A DNA stretch of 64,000 bases from Octopus vulgaris (taxonomy: Eukaryota). The DNA is taken from NCBI GenBank assembly GCA_951406725.2, contig OX597821.1:60884001-60948000 (forward strand), given 5' to 3'. The notes under the pieces were generated by a model. The model searched no databases, was not told the origin of the DNA, and saw nothing but the letters and a program-made list of their open reading frames with translations. The position numbers and the translations under genes were made by a program. Below, one piece after another: positions 39,761 to 50,959 of this stretch (positions are counted from its first letter, which is position 1; each line of letters begins with the position of its first letter).

Positions 39761-41024
39761 CACAGTCATGCAGAAGTAAATAGACACCTTTAATTTTCAA
39801 AATCTTTTATTTAATAACTAAAGCGGACAATTGAAATGTAATCGATAGGTAGGACCACATATTTTAGTATTTAATTGACATTCCCTTTGCAGTTTTTAAT
39901 TCAGAAACTCTTTTTGGCATTGAACTGATGAGCTTTGTGATTGTCTCTTGTGGAATTTCTGCCCACTTTTCACGCAACAATCGACACAATTCATTTTTAG
40001 ATTTAGGTTTCTGTCGAGATTTTCGTATAGCTCTATCTAGTATGCTTCAAAGATTTTCACTTGGGTTCATGTCAGGATATTGGCTCGTCCAAGGAAACTT
40101 TTTGATCCCATTTTCAGTCAGCCATTGTTGATTTCTTTTCGCTGTGTGGCATGGAGCCCCATTTTCCATGAATAAAAACTCAGTTTTCGTTATGTTATCG
40201 TGTGAATACATCGGAAGTAGTCCTTGCTTAAGCATTTCGATGTAGTTTTCAGAGTTTATGGTTCCAACACATTCGATCAGCTCAGAACGACCATTGCTAG
40301 TGACAGCTCTCCATATCATTACAGAGATACCGCCATGTTTCACAGTTGGTTGGAGTTGTTTCAAATCAAATTCCTCCAGATCCAAACACTTCCACTGTCT
40401 GAAAATAATGCAAAACTGGATTCATCTGAGAAAAACACTATATTCCCAAATGAACTGGATTTTTCTGACGTCTCCTTAGCTCATTTCTTTCTTTTCCTGA
40501 TATTAGTTGGTTGAAGGGGAAGTTTTCTTCTAGCTGCTCATCCATAATACCCAAACTTATGCAGATATGTAACACACGTTCTTGGACTAACTTCTAGCTG
40601 TACCGCAATGTCAGAAGTCTTCGAACGGGGTTCGCTTTCCACAATTCTCTTCAAACAGCGAAGCTTCCTTTTCGAGAACCCAGATCGGCCGGGACGAGAA
40701 TCTGTTGATTCTTTTCCTTGGCTTTTGAATTGCACTATAATTCTATGAACAGCAGCAAGAGGAATTTGAAGATTTTCGGTAATTTTTCGCTGCTTAAGAC
40801 CAGCCTCAGCGTGTCAAGCAGTACGACTTCTTTGAAAATCTCACAGTTCTGCTGATTTTTTTTGTGCGTGGCATGGTTACACTTCGCAAATATTTAATAT
40901 AATGGCACCTGGAATGAAAAAGAAAAATTACATTGTAAATTCTACACCGCTGAAAACATATTAAGACGCATAGATCAGAAATTTAGAAAATTGAAGGTTT
41001 CTATTTACTTCCTGCATGTCTGTG
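39761..41024 (-). mobile_element. Tc1-type (DD34E) DNA transposon, apparently full length but inactivated
   Basis: TIRs CACAGTCATGCAG-AAGTAAATAGACACCTT / AAGGTTTCTATTTACTTCCTGCATGTCTGTG, TA flanks; motifs IVFSDES, TVKHGG..VMIW, FME(N)GAPCH, 34 residues to the E of PDMNPSENL; ATG near 40874; frameshifts and stops. Confidence 0.92.
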
Positions 41025-41032
41025 TACATACG

Positions 41033-41064
<32 letters not shown>

Positions 41065-41709
41065 TACACTACAACATTATGAATTAATGTTTCTTGTATT
41101 CAGTCATCACCTACAAAAAGTTTCTAAGAACCACATTCAAAAGCATCTCTATTCATCTCTAGCATTTGAACATAAACTTTGAAAGAACGAATAACCCGAG
41201 ATATGCTAACATTTGGTCTCACTGAGCCTGACCTTAGACTTCTGATAAGGCTAATGTTTTTAACGAAATATTTACAAAAAATACCGAGATATCTGAATTT
41301 ATTTTCCACCTTACAGTTTAGTGTAAACAATAACAGTACCGATATCCCTAGATAAAGTTGGATTTTATCTTGAAGAAACGAAAAAAATAAAATAAATAAT
41401 AAAGGGAGAGCGCAACGTTACCTTATTTCGAGTGACTAAGTGAAAATATTTTACAAAGGATTTTCACTGAATTAAAGTTTCTCATGTTCCAATGTCTCTA
41501 ATGTATAACTTATGTGGGTATTTTTGAATATTTTACTCAGCCACCTCTTCACCAAAAATAGAAAAACAAACACAATTAAGCCAGAACTGACAAAAATGTA
41601 GAGAAGTGAATAACGTTCAGTATAAAAAACACTGAACGAAATAACAAATAGCTCTTAGGTATAATATGATTGAATCAACGTTGCAAGTAGAACATACAAC
41701 ATACTCTAG

Positions 41710-41759
<50 letters not shown>

Positions 41760-41792
41760 GTATATAATCACTTTTTCTCTCTCTCTCTCTCT

Positions 41793-41825
<33 letters not shown>

Positions 41826-42037
41826 CGTGTAGATATTTAGGCATTTATATCTATTTACCAACTTCTCAACTTAAACTCACCCACAAGGAAACACATATCA
41901 TGTGAATGCACGTTGGTACACTCTAACACGAGGAAAATTACACAGTACCAAGCATAGGGTTACATACGCTCTAGCTTTGATTAAATCATGTATATATATA
42001 CGTATATAGACACGTATAAGTATACATACATATAATG

Positions 42038-42097
<60 letters not shown>

Positions 42098-42341
42098 TAT
42101 ATACACATACATATATATATATACATGTCTGAGTGTGCGTGCGTGTGTGTGAGTGTGTGTGTTTGTTTTTGTGCGTGTGTGTGTGTAGTTAAACTGGTGC
42201 AGAGGAAATTAAAATTTTCTCATAAAAAACTAGATTGCATGCACATATGCTCTCAGAGAGAGGAAGTGTACGTAGATAAATTCTATCTATCTATCTATCT
42301 ATCTATGTATGTATGTATGTATGTATGTATGTATCTATCTA

Positions 42342-42398
<57 letters not shown>

Positions 42399-42399
42399 G

Positions 42400-42475
<76 letters not shown>

Positions 42476-42540
42476 CCTATCTATATATCTATGTGTATAT
42501 ATGTAGTATTCATAAAATATACATATATATATGTATATAC

Positions 42541-42618
<78 letters not shown>

Positions 42619-43392
42619 ATTAATGTATATGTATGAAATTTTTCACGTATATGTTTATAAATTTATTACATATTTTGTGTGTCAGCGCGCGTGTGCACGT
42701 CAGTGTGTGTATTGGCATCTGTCTACGTGTTTGTGTTGCTGTGTTTATTGCTTTATGTGATTTTCGTTTTACTAAACGTTTTATGTATATTGAAAGCTGC
42801 TTGAGTTGCAAATGCGAAGCCATTTTAAACATAGTTAACAGTATTAAAAAGTATTATATCGAAGATGTTTGCAGTAATATGGAGGGTGAGATAATGCTAA
42901 AAATTATACCAAATAAGGAAAATATTAATACTTGTAAATATATATTTAATGAAGCGTTTTCCCCAGTCTTGGCGACGGAGCGATTACTTAAATCTGACAA
43001 ATTCAACTATTTTTGAAATCTCTGGAAATATAATACAAAAGAATGAAGAAACAGCCATGTAATGTAATATTCACCTTATAAAATCTATATTTATGTATCT
43101 GAGTAATCTAAAATGGCAAAGACAGAACAGTAGCGACGAAAAAAAATTTAATATGGAAAATAGAGATGAAAATATGCAAAATATTCATATTCAATTACAT
43201 TTGATAAGAAAGTGGCTTCAGTTAAGTTGAAACAGACTAAATTTATTTGTCTGAGAATATCTATGGCTAAATTATATATAAAAAAAAGCATTCCACTGTT
43301 CATCGTATATGTATATATAGAGAAAGCCTTTGTCACTAGCTTGTGGAGAGATCTATATGGAGATTGCTTTCGTCACTACCATGTGGTTGTCT

Positions 43393-43433
43393 CACACAGA
43401 GGACTAGTAGCCCTCCAGAAACCTAGATCTGTG
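43393..43433 (+). ncRNA. Decayed HHR relic
   Basis: CACA-CAGAGGA-...-GAAAC-CTAG-ATC-TGTG; stem I and palindrome kept, core and stem II mutated. Confidence 0.35.
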
Positions 43434-43666
43434 TGTATCACGTAAGGCTAGAGATGACAGCGATGACCTCCCTTGCAAATGCTATACGCACACAAACTGT
43501 GTGTCGATGGCTAGCTGCAAAAGATGTTTACTTGGGGCTTAAACAATAGCATCAGCGTCCTTTATAGGACTGCCACATTCTGTTGGCATATAAACTTTTC
43601 TATTCGGTACTGTTACTATATATCTCTCGCTCAGAGATTTAAAACAAGTTATATCTATATGTGTGT

Positions 43667-44084
43667 AAGGCGGCGAGCTGGCAGAATCGTTAGCACGCCG
43701 GGCGAAATGCTTAACGGTATTTCGTCTGCAGCTACGTTCTGAGTTCAAATTCCGCCGAGGTCGACTTTACCTTTCATCCTTTTGGGGTCGATTAAATAAG
43801 TACCAGTTACGTACTGGGGTCGATATAATCGACTTAATCTGTTTGTCTCTCCTTGTTTGTCCTCTCTGTGCTTAGCCCCTTGTGGGTAGTAAAGAAATAG
43901 GTATTTCGTCTGCTGTTACGTTCTGAGTTCAAATTCCGCCGAGGTTTACTTTGCCTTTCATCCTCTCGGGGTAGATAAATAAAGTACCAGTTACGCACTG
44001 GGGTCGATATACTCAATTTAATCCCTTTTTCTGTCCTTGTTTGTCCTCTCTATGTTTAGCCCCTTGTGGTCAATAAAGAAATAT
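43667..44084 (+). mobile_element. S3 SINE dimer (head + two body/tail-B units)
   Basis: Junction AAAGAAATA|GGTATTTCGTC near 43900; 16-bp TSD ATATCTATATGTGTGT at 43651-43666 and 44085-44100 flanks the whole dimer. Confidence 0.92.
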
Positions 44085-44334
44085 ATATCTATATGTGTGT
44101 GTGCGTGTGCGCGTGCGTGCTTGTATGTGTGTAATAGCAGCTTGAATCAGTTCCATATGTTAGATTTTCGTGGGCACGTAGGATATGTCACCATATCACA
44201 TACTAGGCGAAGAGTGAGAGGTTTGCGACAAATTCAAAATGACTTGGTCAAATTAGTTCACGTGACGTTAATGCTGTGAAAGCGACGCCAGCTACTGAAA
44301 AGAACCATAACACGCACAGACGCACACACACAGA

Positions 44335-44390
<56 letters not shown>

Positions 44391-44694
44391 GTAATGTATA
44401 AAAAGAAAACAGATGAGGTCAACAATTTCTTACAGCTGTGCCGGGAGAAATTTTTTGATGTATCCATAAATTATATCATAGTATAAATCCACCATAGTTG
44501 GCTAAAACAGGCAAGGTAAAAACATTGGTGATTGCCTATTGAACAGCCAACATGATGAACAAGCGATATTTTAAAAATGAACAATCGAATTTATAGAAAA
44601 ATGAGAGAAGTATAACGCAGATTCTAGGTGCAAAGAAGTCAAAACAACTATAATATTATTTCAAGCAGTTACATTGATTAGTTTAAGGCCGTAA

Positions 44695-44811
44695 CCTGCT
44701 GTGAAGAAGTTCCAGGAAGCAGGCGGGCCAGCCTGTTACTTAATCGACCAAATATTTCCCTAGAAATCTTAAAAATAGCCCGACTACTTCCTGGTACTTC
44801 TTCACAGCTGG
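44695..44811. repeat. 34-bp inverted repeat with 49-bp spacer (MITE-like)
   Basis: CCTGCTGTGAAGAAGTTCCAGGAAGCAGGCGGGC (44695-44728) vs reverse complement of 44778-44811, 4 mismatches. Confidence 0.8.
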
Positions 44812-44861
44812 ATATATATAGTTTAAGCATGCAGGGGTTTTTGAAATACATAAATATATAT

Positions 44862-45225
44862 GGCTTCCCAACAATATGGTTCTGGGTTCAGTCCCACTGC
44901 GTGGTACCTTGGGTAACTGTCTTCTGCTATAGCCTCGAGCCGACGAAAGGCCTTGTGAGTGGATTTGTTAGACGGAAACTGAAAGAATCCCGTCATATAT
45001 ATATATATGTATGTATGTATTTGTGTGTTTGTGTTTGTCCCCCACCATCACATGACAACCGATATTGGTGTGTGTACATCCCCGTAGCTTAGCAGTTCGG
45101 CAAAAAAGAGACCGATAGAATAAATACTAAGCTTACAAAGAATAAGTCCTGGGGTCGAGTTGTTCGACTAAAGGTGGTTCCCCAGCATGGCCGCAGTCAA
45201 ATGACTGAAACAAGTGAAAGAATAT
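44862..45225 (+). mobile_element. S1 SINE, slightly 5'-truncated
   Basis: Aligns to 2355-2793. Confidence 0.9.
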
Positions 45226-46146
45226 AAGACTACATAAATACTTATATATGTACTTATATATTTATTTATTTCAATGACTATAGCATGCTTAAAATTTTAA
45301 TTATAAGAATCAAATAAATTTTTACTACATTAAAGCACGTATGCTCTGTATAACGTAAACAAAAGTTTAAAACCTGCTAAGCCTAAATGGTTTTGCTGCC
45401 AAAAATGGAAAGGTTAAATATAAAGTCTCCAGTTAAATGATAGAATTTTGGGATACTGATGGCCTCACGTTAGGAAGAATCGGATTGGGATTAAACCGTA
45501 GTTTGTTGTTGTGGTTGATTTTGTTGTTACCCAGTTGTAGGTCAGTCGGTACTGATTGAGACAGTGTATGATCGAAACAGATCTAGCTGTGTTTATCTTG
45601 TTTCTCTTTTCAAGTATTGCGTATCCCCGAATGTATTATATAATGTTCTGCTTCTTGTTTTTGAAACACCAGGCTGTGATTTGATTAAAGTGTGACAACT
45701 ACTCCAGTAGGTGTCGAGTCGTAAGTAGTTTGCGTGATTTAAAAGGAAGATGCCTACCACATCAGTTTAATTAAAAATCTGTGACTGATTTAGGCAAAAC
45801 AATTGAATGACTGATTTGAAATCGTGGTGAGTTAATTTGATTAATGATTTAACTGTCGGGAGTTAAATTTGGTGCAACTACGAAAAAGGCACAAAAGAAA
45901 ATTTACAAATACTTGGAGTGATGAAGCGAAAGTAAATGAGAGATTTATATTGTTAGAAGTTATCATGGTGAACTACCAAGGTCTTAAGCTTTATATAGTG
46001 TTGCACCGAAACACGGTTTGTGTTTTTCTAGTTTCAAATTCATAACCATAGAATTCTGAATAAAAAAAAAAATGAATAGGTTAAAATGATATGAAGGGAT
46101 GAGTTGTGGAAACATCACAACAATCGTAATATATTCAATCAGGAAC

Positions 46147-46208
<62 letters not shown>

Positions 46209-46271
46209 GCATACATATATGTTCATACAGAGATACATAGATACATACATACACGCACACACATATATATA

Positions 46272-46324
<53 letters not shown>

Positions 46325-46576
46325 AATATTAGGGAATAAATCCAAATTTACAGGGAAAAAATCAGATTTAGGATTAAATCCAATTTTATAGTAAAATATT
46401 ATAAAATAATATAAATTCATAATTTGAAACTGATATATTGGAAGTCCACCTGAAGATTGTCGATCAAGACAAGAAATAATTGTAGTGGCGGTTTTTTTGA
46501 CTATTTATTAAAATTTTATGTATTGATTAAGTCTTTCCTTGTTTGTTTTGCAAAATAGTGGTTTTGTCTCTAATAA

Positions 46577-46580
<4 letters not shown>
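46325..46580 (+). mobile_element. Short HHR-bearing element in (TA)n
   Basis: About 255 bp between two (TA)n tracts; ends match 21295-21378; contains an HHR. Confidence 0.7.
46446..46488 (+). ncRNA. Minimal type I HHR, canonical core
   Basis: CCAC-CTGAAGA-TTGTC(gatcaa)GACAA-GAAA-TAATTG-TA-GTGG; predicted cut after GUA (46484). Confidence 0.85.
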
Positions 46581-46616
<36 letters not shown>

Positions 46617-46808
46617 AAGTATTAATTTATAAAAATATGCTAAAGTAAAAAATTCACTTTACCGCACACCGAACTTTTCAGAAATAGCAGCCAAAAATTT
46701 GGCTATTTCTTCAACTGCAAGTAAAAGTCTCCAGACAATGCATACTCAGAAAATAACTCACATAGGTATAAGGGAAAAACAATGAAAGATCACATCCATA
46801 TAAGATAC

Positions 46809-46869
46809 CCGAGAACAGCCTGTTTCTGGATTCGTGGGTTAAACGCCACTTTTCCTTCATCAGCTCAGA
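46809..46869 (-). ncRNA. Type I HHR of element B (minus arm)
   Basis: CTGAG-CTGATGA-A-GGA-aaa-GTGG(cgtttaac)CCAC-gaa-TCC-A-GAAAC-AGGCT-GTT-CTCGG. Confidence 0.85.
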
Positions 46870-47801
46870 GATTTCTTCTGATTTGGATTTGAAAATACTA
46901 AGAACCAAACATACCCATCCGATATCTGTAACATCGGACAAACTATGCTGGACACCCAGTACTAGCGAATCCAAAAATACAAATGAGATCTATTATTCTC
47001 CCTGTCCACCCACGTGAGTCATAGAGTAGTGCATTTCTACAGAGGCAAAAACTGTAGTTCAAATTCTTGGAGAGAAAGCATTATATTGTCAGTAAAAAAG
47101 GGTAGAATTAATTAATTGTTAATCAATTCGACCAAGCAGTATTCGGTATGTAAAAGGACCATTTACGGTATATTTGAAGTATTAATTTATAAAAATATGG
47201 TAAAGTAAAAAAATTCACTTTACCGCACACCGAACTTTTCAGAAATAGCAGCCAAAAATTTGGCTATTTCTTCAACTGCAAGTAAAAGTCTCCAGACAAT
47301 GCATACTCAGAAAATAACTCACATAGGTATAAGGGAAAAACAATGAAAGATCACATCCATATAAGATAGCCGAGAACAGCCTGTTTCTGGATTTGTGGGT
47401 TAAACGCCAAATTTTTGGCTGCTATTTCTGAAAAGTTCGGTGTGCGGTAAAGTGAATTTCTTTACTTTACCATATTTTTATAAATTAATACTTCAAATAT
47501 ACCGTAAATGGTCCTTTTACATACCGAATACTGCTTGGTCGAATTGATTAACAATTAATTAATTCTACCCTTTTTTACTGACAATATAATGCTTTCTCTC
47601 CAAGAATTTGAACTACAGTTTTTGCCTCTGTAGAAATGCACTACTCTATGACTCACGTGGGTGGACAGGGAGAATAATAGATCTCATTTGTATTTTTGGA
47701 TTCGCTAGTACTGGGTGTCCAGCATAGTTTGTCCGATGTTACAGATATCGGATGGGTATGTTTGGTTCTTAGTATTTTCAAATCCAAATCAGAAGAAATC
47801 T

Positions 47802-47861
47802 CTGAGCTGATGAAGAAAAAGTGGCGTTTAACCCACAAATCCAGAAACAGGCTGTTCTCGG
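47802..47861 (+). ncRNA. Type I HHR of element B (plus arm)
   Basis: Same as 46809-46869 with two substitutions in stem II; predicted cut after GUU (47856). Confidence 0.8.
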
Positions 47862-48142
47862 CTATCTTATATGGATGTGATCTTTCATTGTTTTTCCCTT
47901 ATACCTATGTGAGTTATTTTCTGAGTATGCATTGTCTGGAGACTTTTACTTGCAGTTGAAGAAATAGCCAAATTTTTGGCTGCTATTTCTGAAAAGTTCG
48001 GTGTGCGGTAAAGTGAATTTTTTTACTTTACCATATTTTTATAAAATTAATACTTCAAATATACCGTAAATGGTCCTTTTACATACCGAATACTGCTTGG
48101 TCGAATTGATTAACAATTAATTAATTCTACCCTTTTTTACTG

Positions 48143-48203
<61 letters not shown>

Positions 48204-48355
48204 GTACAGGATGTCGCAAACCGTTTACCATATGAAATACGAAAACAAATGAGTTAAATACGCTAACAACGAGAGAAATATATGGTAAACAGGACAAGGA
48301 CGACACTTCATCACTTGCTGGCTGTCCATCTATCCTCATTTCGAGCACTACCTTC

Positions 48356-48407
<52 letters not shown>

Positions 48408-48852
48408 TAATGTCCCAATCGACATAAATGCTTCCGTCAAGACCTACCAAAATCTGAGCAAGTATAAAGATATTGAAATAGAAATTGGTAAAATGTGGAA
48501 CCTCAAGACTAAAACAATACCTGTTATTATAGGTACTCTAAGAATGATAGTAAAAGTGGCTGACTCCTACCTAGCTCAGATACAAGGAAACCTCAAAATG
48601 GTAGAAATTCAAATGATAGTGCTTCTGGAAACTATCCGTATCCTACGTAAAATACTATCTCTGTAACCTCAGATTTTAAAACAAAGTCATAAGTTTCTTG
48701 TTTACTTAAACATTCTCTAGAACAATACTATGTGCAAACCAGATATATGACACCCTAGGCATAACACCAACATGAATTTCCAGCTTGTCTCTTGAGATCT
48801 CTGGGTGAGACTTGGAGTCAACTTGTACAAATACAAAGCAAAAGTCAAACAT
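48408..48852 (+). mobile_element. R4/Dong-type RLE LINE 3' end in (TAA)n
   Basis: LSKYKDIEIEIGKMWNLKTKTIPVIIGTL...IQMIVLLETIRILRKILSL* then 3' UTR; bounded by (AAT)n. Confidence 0.8.
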
Positions 48853-48855
48853 ATA

Positions 48856-48946
<91 letters not shown>

Positions 48947-48959
48947 TAATAAAAAAAAA

Positions 48960-49370
48960 TAATTGGTGGGTACACAAACCACCTCCATTGCTTGAAAATG
49001 ATCACATCTCGCACCTCTGGAACGTCACCATTCAAACTGACAGAAAGATAGATGCGAATAGGCCAGACATCATTGCTACCTAACTCAGATACCAGGAAAC
49101 TCAAAAATGGCAGAAATTCAAAAGATAGTGCTCATGGGAACTGCTCATATCCTACGCAAAATACTTTCTATGTAATCTCAAGTTTTAAAGCAAACACATA
49201 ATTTTCTTATGCTTTCTTAAACATTCACTTGTACAACACTATGTACAAAACCAAATATATGGCACCCTAAGCATAACACCAGCTATGAACTTCCAACTCG
49301 TTGCTCTTGAGGTCTCTGGGTGAGACTTGGAGCCAACTTGTACAAATGTAAAGCAAAAATCAAACATAGA
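48960..49370 (+). mobile_element. Second R4/Dong-type fragment, internally deleted
   Basis: WWVHKPPPLLENDHISHLWNVTIQTDRKIDANRPDII (RLE PD motif) joined to YL.QIPGNSKMAEIQKIVLMGTAHILRKILSM*; same 3' UTR as the first copy. Confidence 0.85.
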
Positions 49371-49400
49371 ATAATAATAATAATAATAATAGTAATAGTA

Positions 49401-49456
<56 letters not shown>

Positions 49457-49467
49457 AAGAAGAAGAA

Positions 49468-50048
49468 GGGTTTCAAATTTTGCCACAAGGGTAGCAATTT
49501 TGAGAGGAGAGGATGAGTCGATTACATGGACACTAGTGGTCAACTGCTACTTATTTTACGAAAGGTTGAAAGGCAAAGTCGACCTCGGCGGAATTTGAAC
49601 TCAGAACGTAGCGGCAGACGAAATACCTATTTCTTTACTACCCACAAGGGGTTAAACATAGAGAGAACAAACAAGGACAGACAAGCGGATTAATTCGATT
49701 ACCTCGACCCCAGTGCGTAACTGGTACTTATTTAATCGACCCCGAAAGGATGAAAGGCAAAGTCGACCTCGGTGGAATTTGAACTCAGAACGTAGCGGTA
49801 GATGAAATACCTATTTTATTTCTTTATTGCCCACAAGAGGCTAAACATAGAGGAGACAAACAAGGACAGATAGAGGGGTTAAGTCGATTACATCGACTCC
49901 AGTGCGTAACTGGTACTTAATTTATCGACCCCGAAAGGATGAAAGGCAAAGTCGACCTCGGCGGAATTTGAACTCAGAACCAAACGGCAGACGAAATGCT
50001 GCTAAGCATTTCGCCCGGTGTGCTAACATTTCCGCCATCTCGCCGCCT
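49468..50048 (-). mobile_element. S3 SINE tandem array (head + two tail-B units + one tail-A unit)
   Basis: Junctions GAAATACC-TATTT at about 49620 and 49804; older tail TTTCAAATTTTGCCACAAGG at the left end. Confidence 0.9.
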
Positions 50049-50049
50049 G

Positions 50050-50109
<60 letters not shown>

Positions 50110-50116
50110 CACCACC

Positions 50117-50208
<92 letters not shown>
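50050..50208. repeat. (TAC)n(CAC)n(TAC)n(TAA)n compound microsatellite
   Basis: Direct inspection. Confidence 0.98.
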
Positions 50209-50209
<1 letters not shown>

Positions 50210-50959
50210 CTCTCGTACTTTATTCTCGTCTCAATTTGATATTGCTGTTTATTCACTCACGACTATGTTTAGTCAAATTGGTTTGTTTTTGGTTTTTTAA
50301 ACAAAATACAGACAAGAGATAACTTTAGTGCACATCACAGAAATCCAGCCTGCATTAGTGTGTAAGAGTGAATATATTTCACCACTGATTTCTGTTGTTT
50401 AATCGGTCTGACAATAATTGCAAGTCTCTGCATTTAATACACTTCGTTTGTAATATCTGAAACAAGTTTATTCCTTTATTCTAGAGAGGAAATAATAAAA
50501 TAATAAGAGAGAAAGCAAGCGACCAAGCTGACGAGAGAATGCAACAAACGTATCGTATTTTGTACACTACCACTGCAATTATTGCTGTGAATACTACTAC
50601 TACATGTAAAACAACAACAACAATAACTACAACAACTAATATTATGACTATAATAGCAACAACAATAAATACTACTAACTCAGCAAGTTTGTCTGCTACT
50701 GCAACAATGACTAACTACTATAAACACAGTCGCCATCACAACGAGTAACATTAGCAAAGAGCGCCAAACCACCACCACCACCACCACCACTACCTCCACC
50801 ACAACTACCACTATCCTATCAACAACAACAACAACAACAACTTGTGGAATTGTGTTGGAATATAGACACTAGCAACACAATTCATTGTAAGTTCTACTGA
50901 TACTACGTTACATTAATATCTTTTGATGTAGGAGTTCAAATGGATTTTGAAAAATAATT

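Larger units (their letters stand above)
46611..48148. mobile_element. Non-coding HHR element B: about 1.4 monomers (-) joined head-to-head to about 1.3 monomers (+) of a 560-bp unit
   Basis: TATTTGAAGT at 46611 and 47171 (period 560); inversion junction at 47406-47409 on GCCA microhomology; plus arm period about 561; (TA)n on both flanks; copies near identical. Confidence 0.92.

Noticed and set aside
47696-47959. Duplicated 87-aa ORF (also 46711-46974) and ORFs in element A
   Set aside because: The 87-aa ORF starts at TTG, has no motif, and its frame is not conserved between A and B; the shared SELM only reflects the HHR core.
47970-47980. AATTTTTGG Sm-site-like motif in element B
   Set aside because: Not conserved in A, C or D.
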